Shown here piece after piece: positions 11,151-19,794 of a stretch of DNA of 64,000 nt. The notes beneath the pieces were generated by a model. That model saw only the letters and a list, made by a program, of their open reading frames with translations. It ran no database searches and was not told the origin of the DNA. The position numbers and the translations under genes were made by a program. Source of the DNA: Bdellovibrionota bacterium (GTDB taxonomy: Bacteria; Bdellovibrionota_C; UBA2361; CAKMMH01); contig JBMNLI010000010.1 of NCBI GenBank assembly GCA_050952645.1, forward strand, positions 96,001 through 160,000, in the 5' to 3' direction. Positions within the stretch are counted from its first letter, which is position 1, and every line of letters starts with the position of its first letter.

Positions 11151-11423
11151 ATGTTTGGTATTAGCTTTTTAGAACTTATCGTTATATTTATAGTAGCATT
11201 TTTAGTTTTAGGACCCGATAAATTGCAAGAGTTTGCTAAGTCTCTAGGGAATTTTATCTCTAATATAAATAATTTTTCTTCGAATGTAAAAGATGAAATA
11301 AACGTATCATTAAATCCAAACTTAAATAACTTAAATAAAAAAGATAAGGAAACGAATGATTTTAAGAAAATCAATAAAAGCGATATAGATGTAAGCGATA
11401 TAAAAGAAAATAAAAAAGAATAA
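11151..11423 (+). CDS. tatB: twin-arginine translocase subunit TatA/TatB
   Basis: MFGISFLELIVIFIVAFLVLGPDKL N-terminus; directly upstream of tatC. Confidence 0.85.
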   Translation: MFGISFLELIVIFIVAFLVLGPDKLQEFAKSLGNFISNINNFSSNVKDEINVSLNPNLNNLNKKDKETNDFKKINKSDIDVSDIKENKKE

Positions 11424-11429
11424 AAAACT

Positions 11430-12152
11430 ATGGAAAATAAAAGCAAGCAAGACCAAAATTTTTATTCGCATTTAAAGGAGCTTAGAAAGAGAGCTTTTAT
11501 ATCGCTTAGCTTTATTGTCCTATTTGCGATTATTATATACGCCTTTTCTCCAGACATTATCAAACTTATCGATAAGCAATTTAAAAGTTATTTTCTAGAC
11601 ACGGATTTAATTGGCAAAAGCCCTATCGATGCTTTTTTAGTAAGATTAAAAATTTCTGCATTCTTAGGCTTTTTACTTTCTCTTCCTATAATTTTATTTG
11701 AAATATGGGAATTTATAAAACCAGGATTAATGAAGAAAGAAAAAAAATATTTTTTCTTATTTTTAACTATTGGAAGCTTTCTAGGAATAGGGGGCGCTCT
11801 TTTTTGTCATTTTTTAATAGTTCCTATCGCACTTAAATTTTTTTATAGTCAGTATAAACTACTTTCTTTAAAACCGATTATCCACTTTAACGATTATATC
11901 ACACTTATCATAAAGTTTGATGCTACTTTTGCTCTGATTTTCGAGCTTCCAATTATTCTAGTAATTTTAGCAAAATTAGATTTAGTAGATAGTACATTTT
12001 TAAAAAAATATTCTCGTCATGCAATACTAGTTATTTTTACACTAGCTGCTATTTTAACTCCGCCAGATGTGATAACTCAATTGCTAATGGCCATTCCGCT
12101 AGTAGTTTTATATTTTTTAAGCATCTACTTAGTTAAGATTTTAGTAAAGTAG
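11430..12152 (+). CDS. tatC: twin-arginine translocase subunit TatC
   Basis: HLKELRKR, WEFIKPGL, FELP, AAILTPPD. Confidence 0.96.
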   Translation: MENKSKQDQNFYSHLKELRKRAFISLSFIVLFAIIIYAFSPDIIKLIDKQFKSYFLDTDLIGKSPIDAFLVRLKISAFLGFLLSLPIILFEIWEFIKPGLMKKEKKYFFLFLTIGSFLGIGGALFCHFLIVPIALKFFYSQYKLLSLKPIIHFNDYITLIIKFDATFALIFELPIILVILAKLDLVDSTFLKKYSRHAILVIFTLAAILTPPDVITQLLMAIPLVVLYFLSIYLVKILVK

Positions 12153-12165
12153 TGAGCTTTGCCTT

Positions 12166-12197
12166 ACCTTAAATTAACATCTTAATTGACATTTAAG
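12166..12197 (+). repeat. 32-bp direct repeat, left copy (right copy 16581-16612)
   Basis: ACCTTAAATTAACATCTTAATTGACATTTAAG is identical at both positions and brackets the whole array/intron/IS block. Confidence 0.9.
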
Positions 12198-12220
12198 TCT
12201 TCACATTTTAAGTTAGCATT

Positions 12221-12629
12221 ATATCTCACGCCACGGAGCCTAAAAGAAAATCTCCGCAACCTAAAAAGCTAGCTCCAATTTTCTTTTAAGCTAACAAAAA
12301 ACAATTCATTAACATGATATATCTCACACCACGGAGCCTAAAAGAAAATCTCCGCAAACTAAAAAGCTAGCTCCAATTTTCTTTTAAGCTAACAAAAAAC
12401 AATTCATTAACATTATATATCTCACACCACGGAGCCTAAAAGAAAATCTCCGCAACCTAAAGAGCTAGCTCCAATTTTCTTTTAAGCTAACAAAAAACAA
12501 TTCATTAACATTATATATCTCACACCACGAAGCCTAAAAGAAAATCTCCGCAACCTAAAAAGCTAGCTCCAATTTTCTTTTAAGCTAACAAAAAACAATT
12601 CATTAACATGATATATCTCACACCACGGA
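12221..12629 (+). repeat. 98-bp tandem repeat array, left part (about 4.2 units)
   Basis: CCACG(G/A)A recurs at 12231, 12329, 12427, 12525 and 12623; each full unit has the stem GCCTAAAAGAAAAT..ATTTTCTTTTAAGC. Confidence 0.95.
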
Positions 12630-13006
12630 ATAGGGTAGAGCGAGGGCTATACCCTCTCCCTCCCGTCTCACCGTACGTACGGGTCTCGTATACGGCGCTC
12701 CATTAATATAATATCAAGTAATACTCAGGTAATACGTCAAAGGGTCGATTAAACCAATTCGTTCCTTTGTTTTACGCCCCAATATTTTAGGGCTTAATGC
12801 ATAATTCACTACGTACCACGAACTGCGTCTATACCAGCCGAGTCTGCTGTTAGCAACCTTATAGATTTCTTCATTTCTAAAATTGCAACCAAGCATTCGG
12901 TTCAATTTCTTAAGATTTAGATCCTTAACTTTTCAAAAAAGTTCACCTAAACAAATAATCAATTAAAATAAATAAGAAATAATCGTTAAATTATGCATTT
13001 TTTTAC

Positions 13007-13035
13007 TTGCATCTGTGTATTTACTATGCTATACT
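13007..13035 (+). promoter_or_regulatory. sigma70-type promoter of the transposase
   Basis: TTGCAT-N17-TATACT with extended TG; SD AAGGAGG before the ATG at 13068. Confidence 0.6.
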
Positions 13036-13067
13036 TTTAGTGCAACCGTTAACCTAAAGGAGGTTTT

Positions 13068-14756
13068 ATGAATTACAATCGAACAGTTCCATTACCAGAG
13101 CAAAGAAATAAAATAATTATAAGAGAAAAAGGGGAAGCAAAATATGTGCTTTTTGAATACGATCGCACTTATAATAAAGAGAAACAGTATACTAATCCAA
13201 AGCGTAGCGTTATTGGAAAATTAGTTGATGGTAGAGATGATATTATGTACCCTAATGACAATTATAGTAATTATTTTCCAGATGCCCCTATGCCCGAGAA
13301 ATTTTCAGACGCTTCACGCAGTTGTTGTCTTCGTATAGGTCCCCACTTGGTGATTGAAAAAGTAGCAAATGAATTTAATTTGCCTTTTTTACTAAAAAAA
13401 CATTTTGGTGAACGTAGTGAACTTATACTTGATTTAGCGAGTTATTTTATTGTAAATGAAGAGAATGTCAGTCAGTATTATCCAGACTACGCCTTTTCTC
13501 ATCCACTCTTTACAAAAGGTATGCGCATCTATAGTGATTCTACCATAAGTCGTTTTCTTTCTTCTGTTAGCAAAGAGCAGATAATTAACTTTCTTGACGA
13601 TTGGAACAAGGGAAAAGATCGCAATCAAATGGTTTACGTTTCATATGATTCGACTAATAAGAACTGTCAAGCAGGTGATGTTGAATTAGTAGAGTTTGGT
13701 AAAGCGAAAGACGAAAAAGGATTCCCAGTATTTAATTTATCCATTGCCTTTGATCAAACGAATAGAGTTCCGTTATTTTACGAAGAGTATCCTGGTTCTA
13801 TTACAGACGTTTCTCAATTTACTCATATGGCAGATAAGGTTATAGAGTATGGATATAAAAAGATAGGATTTATTTTAGACCGTGGTTATTTTAGTAAATA
13901 TAATATTCAATATATGGATAATAGTGGTTTTTCTTTTTTATTGATGGTAAAAGGGTGTAAGGCTTTAGTTTCTAAATTAGTAGAAGAAAACAGGAATACA
14001 TTTGAGTCTAAAAGAGACTGTAGTATTCGCTTATACAAGGTATATGGCACTACAGTGAAATCAAAATTATATGATGATGATAGTAAGGAGCGTTATTTTC
14101 ATGTTTATTTTAGTGCGGAAAAGCAAGCATTTGAGAGGGAGCAACTAGAAATTAAATTAGAGGAGTTTGAACAATTTTTAAAAAACCATATTGGCAAAGA
14201 TACAAAGTTTGGACAAACGTATAAGCAATTTTTTGATTTAAGTTATGACAATCAAGGAAAGTTAAGAAAAGTAGAAGAGAGAGCAGATGAAATTCAAAAG
14301 GCTCTTAATTTATGTGGGTATTTTTGTCTTGTTAGTTCGGAAGAAATGAGTGCTAAAGAAGCTATAATACTTTACAAGGGTAGAGACGCAACTGAGAAAC
14401 TTTTTGCTATTGATAAGACTTTTTTAGGCTCAAAAAGTATGAGAGTTCATTCATCTCAGGCAGTATCTGCTAAAATTTTTATAGAGTTTATAGCACTTAT
14501 AATTCGCAATCGCATTTATATTCTACTTAATGAAGAACTTTCTAAGCTAACAAAAAAGCCAAACTATATGAATGTTCCTGCCGCATTAAAAGAACTTGAA
14601 AAAATTGAAATGGTAAGAGGGAGTAAGGATTTATATCAGCTGAGCTATGCAGTAAGCAAAAGACAAAAAACTATATTAAATGCGTTTGATATAGATGCTG
14701 ATAAGGTAAGATTAAAAGCTGCTCAAATAAATAAAAAATTACAAAAAAAATTTTAG
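13068..14756 (+). CDS. DDE transposase, IS1634-like
   Basis: 562 aa; YDST, GKAKD, YPGSITD, ILDRGYFS, YKGRDATEKLF; stop codon lies inside the right IR. Confidence 0.9.
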   Translation: MNYNRTVPLPEQRNKIIIREKGEAKYVLFEYDRTYNKEKQYTNPKRSVIGKLVDGRDDIMYPNDNYSNYFPDAPMPEKFSDASRSCCLRIGPHLVIEKVANEFNLPFLLKKHFGERSELILDLASYFIVNEENVSQYYPDYAFSHPLFTKGMRIYSDSTISRFLSSVSKEQIINFLDDWNKGKDRNQMVYVSYDSTNKNCQAGDVELVEFGKAKDEKGFPVFNLSIAFDQTNRVPLFYEEYPGSITDVSQFTHMADKVIEYGYKKIGFILDRGYFSKYNIQYMDNSGFSFLLMVKGCKALVSKLVEENRNTFESKRDCSIRLYKVYGTTVKSKLYDDDSKERYFHVYFSAEKQAFEREQLEIKLEEFEQFLKNHIGKDTKFGQTYKQFFDLSYDNQGKLRKVEERADEIQKALNLCGYFCLVSSEEMSAKEAIILYKGRDATEKLFAIDKTFLGSKSMRVHSSQAVSAKIFIEFIALIIRNRIYILLNEELSKLTKKPNYMNVPAALKELEKIEMVRGSKDLYQLSYAVSKRQKTILNAFDIDADKVRLKAAQINKKLQKKF

Positions 14757-16386
14757 GTGAACTTTTTTGCAAAGTTAAGGTAGATAGATTCGTCTCGGCA
14801 ATTTCCACTGTTTAAGTATTATAACCCTCACTTTGTGTCTAAGCCATTGACCATATTTATCTATAAAAGTCTTAAGAGTTCCTATCTTATAATAGTTTAT
14901 CCAACCTTTAATTAACCAGCTTAGCTGTTGAAATGTCGAACCTAACGTTCGTGCCATTGCCTTCCGTCTACAAAGAATTTCTCTAGTTTTATCATAGAGT
15001 TTTCGTTTGCGATCTTCAGCAGGTTTACATTTCCAAGTTTTATACCCACTCTTCCAGTAGGTAAAGCCTAAGAAAGTGCTTTCCGTCGGCCTAGAGATTT
15101 TACTCTTACTTGAATTAATTTTAAGTCGTAGCTTACGCTCCAACCAACTCGCAACGGACTTCATTACTCTATTAGCAGCCTTTTCACTTCTAACAAATAT
15201 ATTACAGTCATCGGCATATCTAACAAACTTAAGTCCTCTTGCTTCCAGTTCCTTGTCGAGCTTATCAAGGTATATGTTAGATAATACTGGGGATAATGGA
15301 CCTCCTTGCGGAACTCCTTTCTCACTTACAGTAAACAATCCATCTTCCATTATACCAGCTCTTAAGAACTGTCTTATCAATCGTAGTGTCTTCGCATCTT
15401 TGATGCGTTCCCTGATTATCGAAATTAATTTGTCGTGATTAACAGTATCAAAATATTTCTCTATGTCTAGGTCTATAACCCAATCATAGCCTCTTTTCAA
15501 GTACTCAAGAGTTCTATATACTGCTAGATGGCAATTCCTTCTAGGTCTAAAGCCATAGCTACTATTACTAAAATACTTTTCGTATCCGCGTGCTAGTATT
15601 TGCGCTACCGCTTGTTGAATTACCCTATCTACTACTGTAGGTATTCCTAAAGGTCTCATCTTACCATTAGCTTTAGGTATATACACTCTCTTAACTGGAC
15701 TCGGCTTATAATTCCCTTCACGTATCTGAGATTTTATCTCTTCTCTGTGAACGGCAAAATAGTCTTCAAGCTCATCTACTGGCATATCATCTACACCAGA
15801 TGCACCTTTATTTCGCTTAACAGCCTTTATAGCCTCATCTATATTTTTGTCTGATATAATTAGTTCAATCAATTCCACCTGTTGCTCCTCCCTCTGTTTG
15901 TAAAGCTACTAGAAAACACCCCCTCTATCTTCTGCCCCCACAGGTTACGTTCCTGTTTGTTAGGCATATCTTCAATTTCGGACTCTTCTAGCCTTGCTTA
16001 CAGTGATTCACAATATATTAACGTTCAACCCTTCCTTGAGTGGTGTCTCAAGTACTATGGTATCAACTGACTTCCAGATATAAGCTTTATATCGCACGTG
16101 CATAGCACGCTATCTGGACCTCCCGGGGTAAGGCATAGTTCTTTCACCAGACAACCTCCAGATTTACTCGTTTGGTTTTACGTTTGTCTTTAGGGCTTCG
16201 GTTTGTAGCGCAACCTCACCCACCATTTAGCCTTGTATCTGGTTTCTGTTCGTAGGCTCCTTGGTTTTGATCCGCCACTTCCTTCACTCTAACATTACTG
16301 CTTCGAGCTTGTGGCATCACTACACTTGGTGACAACTACCCGTGACGGGACTTTCACCCGCTAGAACTATGTCGTGCCCGGCACAC

Positions 16387-16553
16387 GCCTAAAAGAAAAT
16401 CTCCGCAACCTAAAAAGCTAGCTCCAATTTTCTTTTAAGCTAACAAAAAACAATTCATTAACATGATATATCTCACACCACGGAGCCTAAAAGAAAATCT
16501 CCGCAACCTAAAAAGCTAGCTCCAATTTTCTTTTAAGCTAACAAAAAACAATT
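16387..16553 (+). repeat. 98-bp tandem repeat array, right part (about 1.7 units)
   Basis: Resumes at GCCTAAAAGAAAAT exactly where the left part was interrupted; second stem at 16485. Confidence 0.95.
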
Positions 16554-16600
16554 TTTCTTGACCTACTTAAAACGTGAAGAACCTTAAATTAACATCTTAA

Positions 16601-16629
16601 TTGACATTTAAGGTAAATTTAGCTAATAT
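16601..16629 (+). promoter_or_regulatory. sigma70-type promoter of tRNA-His
   Basis: TTGACA-N17-TAATAT ending 16 bp upstream of the tRNA. Confidence 0.65.
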
Positions 16630-16645
16630 CTTCAAGTCAGTTTGT

Positions 16646-16722
16646 GGTGGATATAGCTCAGTTGGTAGAGCCCCGGATTGTGGTTCCGGTTGTCGTGGGT
16701 TCAAGTCCCACTATCCACCCCA
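16646..16722 (+). tRNA. tRNA-His (GTG)
   Basis: G-1, acceptor stem GTGGATA/TATCCAC, anticodon arm CCGGA-TTGTGGT-TCCGG, TTCAAGT T-loop, encoded CCA. Confidence 0.97.
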
Positions 16723-16797
16723 TTTTCAATAATTAAATCTTAAACCTTAAATATCATATTTATATTATGCATTTATTTTTTTAGGATCATTTAAATT

Positions 16798-17628
16798 ATG
16801 TTAAAACTAGGTTGCCATCTTTCATCATCTAAAGGCTTTTTAAATATGGGAAAAGAAGCGGTATCGATTAATGCTAATACTTTTCAATTCTTTACTAGGA
16901 ATCCAAGAGGAGGTGCTGCAAAAGAGCTAGACTTAGAAGATATTAAAAAATACATAACCTTTGCAAAGGAACATAATATTGGTCCCCTTGTTGCGCATGC
17001 TCCTTATACGATGAATCCAGCTAGTAAAGATGAAAATATAAGAAATTTCACGGCAAGAATGATAAGAGATGATTTAGAAAGATTAGAACATATTCCTAAT
17101 AACTATTATAACTTTCATCCAGGAAGCCACGTAGGGCAAGGAGTAGAGATAGGCACAAAATATATAATAGAAATGCTAAATAAAGTTTTAACCAACGACT
17201 TAACTACGACGGTTTTATTAGAAACGATGTCAGGAAAAGGAAGTGAAATAGGAAGAAGCTTCGATGAACTTAAAGCTATCATCGATAACACTTCTTTAAA
17301 ACATAAACTTGGGGTATGTTTAGACACTTGCCACGTATTTAGTGCAGGATACGATATCAAAAATAATTTAGATGGCGTTTTAGAAGAATTAGATAAAAAA
17401 ATTGGTCTATCAAGATTAAAAGCTATCCATTTAAACGACACGATGACTCCCTTTACCTCGAATAAAGATAGGCATCAAAAAATTGGAGACGGTAATTTAG
17501 GACTAGAAGCCATCGTTAAACTTATGCAAAACAAATATTTAAAAGACCTGCCTTTTATTCTTGAAACTCCTAACGAGATAAAGGGATACGAAACAGAAAT
17601 AGCACTTTTAAGAGCAAATGTTTCTTAA
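16798..17628 (+). CDS. nfo: endonuclease IV (AP endonuclease)
   Basis: FQFFTRNPR, HAPY, NFHPG, LLETM, CLDTCH, HLND, DRH, ILETP. Confidence 0.96.
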   Translation: MLKLGCHLSSSKGFLNMGKEAVSINANTFQFFTRNPRGGAAKELDLEDIKKYITFAKEHNIGPLVAHAPYTMNPASKDENIRNFTARMIRDDLERLEHIPNNYYNFHPGSHVGQGVEIGTKYIIEMLNKVLTNDLTTTVLLETMSGKGSEIGRSFDELKAIIDNTSLKHKLGVCLDTCHVFSAGYDIKNNLDGVLEELDKKIGLSRLKAIHLNDTMTPFTSNKDRHQKIGDGNLGLEAIVKLMQNKYLKDLPFILETPNEIKGYETEIALLRANVS

Positions 17629-17642
17629 ATTTTATATGCTTC

Positions 17643-18149
17643 TTAATCTTCCTTAGGACTAAAGTAATAAATAAAGTTATAAGGTATACCATCACGAATA
17701 ATTTCGATATTTGGCTTTTCTTTTAAATCGCTATCGTGTATTTCTTCAAGAACACTTATGTAATTTTTAAATTGCACTGCATCTTGTACAACATAACCAG
17801 CAGCAGAAACTATAACATCGCCATCTTTAAGTCCTAAGATTTCATAAGTAGCCCCAGGTTTAACATCAAATAGCCTATACGTCGGATAGTTTTTAGCTTC
17901 TTGCTTTGCCCTTCTTTGGAAAATCTCTATCACACGAACGGAATTAACCTCTGTGTTTATTAAAGATTGCCTATACTTCATTCTATCTATCGCCATCTTA
18001 ACAGTTACTAATCCCGTCTCTTGGTGTCTTCTAATAGAGTCTATTCTTATAGCCCCAGCTCCGGGAACTTTTTTAGGCTTAAACGCACAACTTACAGAAA
18101 AGCATAGCAATAAACAAAAACCAATTCTTATAAATTTTCTAGCGTACAT
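17643..18149 (-). CDS. putative lipoprotein with a PDZ-like C-terminal domain (GspC-like)
   Basis: Signal/lipobox LLLCFSVSC; YEILGLKDGDVIVSAAG..IEIIRDG resembles PDZ. Confidence 0.6.
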   Translation of the reverse strand: MYARKFIRIGFCLLLCFSVSCAFKPKKVPGAGAIRIDSIRRHQETGLVTVKMAIDRMKYRQSLINTEVNSVRVIEIFQRRAKQEAKNYPTYRLFDVKPGATYEILGLKDGDVIVSAAGYVVQDAVQFKNYISVLEEIHDSDLKEKPNIEIIRDGIPYNFIYYFSPKED

Positions 18150-18781
18150 AATTTTTCTAGCTCCTTTTTATTTAACCTTTGAAGTTTTAAAGATTCTGCA
18201 ATATAAATCGCTCGCACTTTATTATAAGCGTCTTCTAATTTATCATTTACTACGAAATAATCTATTATCCCATCTTCGTTTTGTAAAGACAAAAAAGTAT
18301 CATATTCTTTTTTAGCACTTTTTAATCTATTTTGGAAATCTTCCTCCTTAAATCCTGCTCTGTTTCTAATCCTATCGGCCATCACCTCATAAGATGGAGG
18401 AACTAAAAATATAAAAACTACTCTATGGGCTAGCTTTCTTTTAATATTTATCGCACCTTTTATATCGATATCTAATACTAAATCTACATTATTATTATTT
18501 GCTCTTTCATATTCCGAACTAAGCGTGCCGTAAAAAGACGTATGCACTGGCTCCCACTCTAAAAACTCATTGTTTTGTACTTTTTCCTCGAACTCTTCCT
18601 TACTTAAAAAATAATAATCTACCCCATTTATCTCATTTACCCTAGGAGCTCTAGTTGTTGCTGAAATTGAAAACGTAATTTTCTCTTTAAACTCTTCTCT
18701 TAACATTTTTAGTAGCGTGCTTTTACCACTAGCAGTTGGGCCTACTAAAATAAATGCAAAATTATCTCTAGATATTTCCAT
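18128..18781 (-). CDS. gmk: guanylate kinase
   Basis: GPTASGKST, SISATTRAPR, GVDYYF, FYGT, LDIDIKGA. Confidence 0.96.
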   Translation of the reverse strand: MEISRDNFAFILVGPTASGKSTLLKMLREEFKEKITFSISATTRAPRVNEINGVDYYFLSKEEFEEKVQNNEFLEWEPVHTSFYGTLSSEYERANNNNVDLVLDIDIKGAINIKRKLAHRVVFIFLVPPSYEVMADRIRNRAGFKEEDFQNRLKSAKKEYDTFLSLQNEDGIIDYFVVNDKLEDAYNKVRAIYIAESLKLQRLNKKELEKLCTLENL

Positions 18782-18812
18782 ATTGTATTCTTTCTTTAAA
18801 AAAAAAATTTAC

Positions 18813-19742
18813 TTACTCTATATTTTGAACCTGCTCTCTTATTTTTTCAATCTCAGATTTTGCTTCGACTACGTATTGTTGCACTAGAGCATCGTTAGCC
18901 TTAGAGGCGATCGTATTAAACTCTCGTGCCATCTCTTGAAGTAGAAACTCTAATTTTCTACCTACTGGAAACTCTTTTAAAATACTTTCTACTTGGTTAA
19001 AGTGGCTACCTAACCTAACTAACTCTTCAGTGATATCTAGCTTATCTACAAGCAGTGCAACTTCCGTAATCAATCTATCTTCATTTAAACTAAGATTAAA
19101 ATCTTCTATTATCGTTTGAAGTCTTTCTTTAAGCTTTAAAAAATAAGTTTTATTATCTAGTTTTTCTTTTTCTAAATTAAAGATCTTATTTTTTATATCT
19201 TTTAATTTTTTAAAGCGACTATTTAAATCTTCTTTTAAAGCTTCCCCCTCTTTTTCTTTCATTAAATTTAATTTTTTTAAGGTAGTAGTTAAAAGTGATA
19301 CCACCTGCTTTTCTTCTTTTTCTGTAATCTCAAAATCTTTTGAAGTTATAACATCTCTTTTAGATAAAATATCTTGAACTATACTTTGGGAAATACTTGA
19401 ACCTAAATAATTTTGAAAAACCTCTTCATAGATTGCTAAATACGATTCAAAAAGTGCTCTATTAATGCTTAAAAATGGATTTTCTCCTACGCCTAACTCT
19501 TCTCTAGTGATAATAATATCGATATGCCCCCTTGAAACAAATGAGGCGATAAGTTTTCTTAGCTTGTTTTCTATGCTCGAATAAATTTGTGGAACTCTAA
19601 AATTTAAATCTAAAAACCTATGGTTCACGCTCTTAATTTCGATATTTAATTTTATATTTTCATTCTCATAATCGCCTTTTGCATAAGCCGTCATGCTTTT
19701 TATATTTGATATAGCCTCATTTGATCTATTTGAATTTGACAT
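18813..19742 (-). CDS. yicC: YicC/YloC family endoribonuclease
   Basis: KSMTAY, KSVNHRFLD, DITEELVRL, GRKLEFLLQEMAREFNT, EKIREQVQNIE. Confidence 0.95.
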   Translation of the reverse strand: MSNSNRSNEAISNIKSMTAYAKGDYENENIKLNIEIKSVNHRFLDLNFRVPQIYSSIENKLRKLIASFVSRGHIDIIITREELGVGENPFLSINRALFESYLAIYEEVFQNYLGSSISQSIVQDILSKRDVITSKDFEITEKEEKQVVSLLTTTLKKLNLMKEKEGEALKEDLNSRFKKLKDIKNKIFNLEKEKLDNKTYFLKLKERLQTIIEDFNLSLNEDRLITEVALLVDKLDITEELVRLGSHFNQVESILKEFPVGRKLEFLLQEMAREFNTIASKANDALVQQYVVEAKSEIEKIREQVQNIE

Positions 19743-19794
19743 AACACTTTTCCTAACTTTTGCATTTAAGAGTATTAAAATTTGCTCTTAAAAA

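Larger units (their letters stand above)
12923..14780 (+). mobile_element. insertion sequence, IS1634-like, 1858 bp
   Basis: 29-bp terminal inverted repeats CCTTAACTTT(T/G)CAAAAAAGTTCACCTAAA with one mismatch; 5-bp target duplication TAGAT (12918-12922, 14781-14785). Confidence 0.92.
12714..15878 (-). pseudogene. ltrA: group II intron reverse transcriptase/maturase interrupted by an IS (N-part 14781-15878, C-part 12714-12922; 433 aa when restored)
   Basis: RPLGIPTVVDR, DIEKYFDTVNH, GVPQGGPLSP, YADD; removing the IS plus one TAGAT gives in-frame RRIYL-NLKK-LNRMLG..LSIT; no endonuclease domain, typical of class C. Confidence 0.92.
12630..16386 (-). mobile_element. group II intron, bacterial class C (IIC); 1894 nt once the IS and one TSD are removed
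   Basis: 5' end GTGTGCCGGGCAC at 16386; short domain V with CGC triad (GAGCGCCGTATACGAGACCCGTACGTACGGTG) and domain VI ending CCCTAT at 12630; exons rejoin to the intact repeat CCACGGA|GCCTAAAAG with no duplication. Confidence 0.93.
12197..16582. mobile_element. expanded MITE-like element carrying a 98-bp hairpin array, interrupted by a group II intron
   Basis: Left end GTCTTCACATTTTAAGTTAG and right end CCTACTTAAAACGTGAAGAAC are inverted; internal modules shared with the 8118, 20885, 23108 and 23979 copies. Confidence 0.75.

Noticed and set aside
12238..12291. Array hairpins as integron attC sites
   Set aside because: No gene cassettes lie between units and no integron integrase is in the window; the modules belong to the dispersed repeat family
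12714..12905. 63-aa ORF as an independent gene
   Set aside because: It is the in-frame C-terminus of the intron RT, cut off by the IS
14775..15878. RT as a retron, DGR or defence RT
   Set aside because: It has group IIC maturase features (YADD, PQGGPLSP), a GUGYG 5' end and domains V/VI; no template/variable repeat pair or msr-msd was seen
15882..16070. 62-aa plus-strand ORF
   Set aside because: It is antisense to structured intron RNA upstream of the RT start
12221..16553. 98-bp array next to a reverse transcriptase as a CRISPR array or RT-Cas system
   Set aside because: Units are near-identical along their whole length with no unique spacers, no cas genes are present, and the RT lies within clear group II intron boundaries
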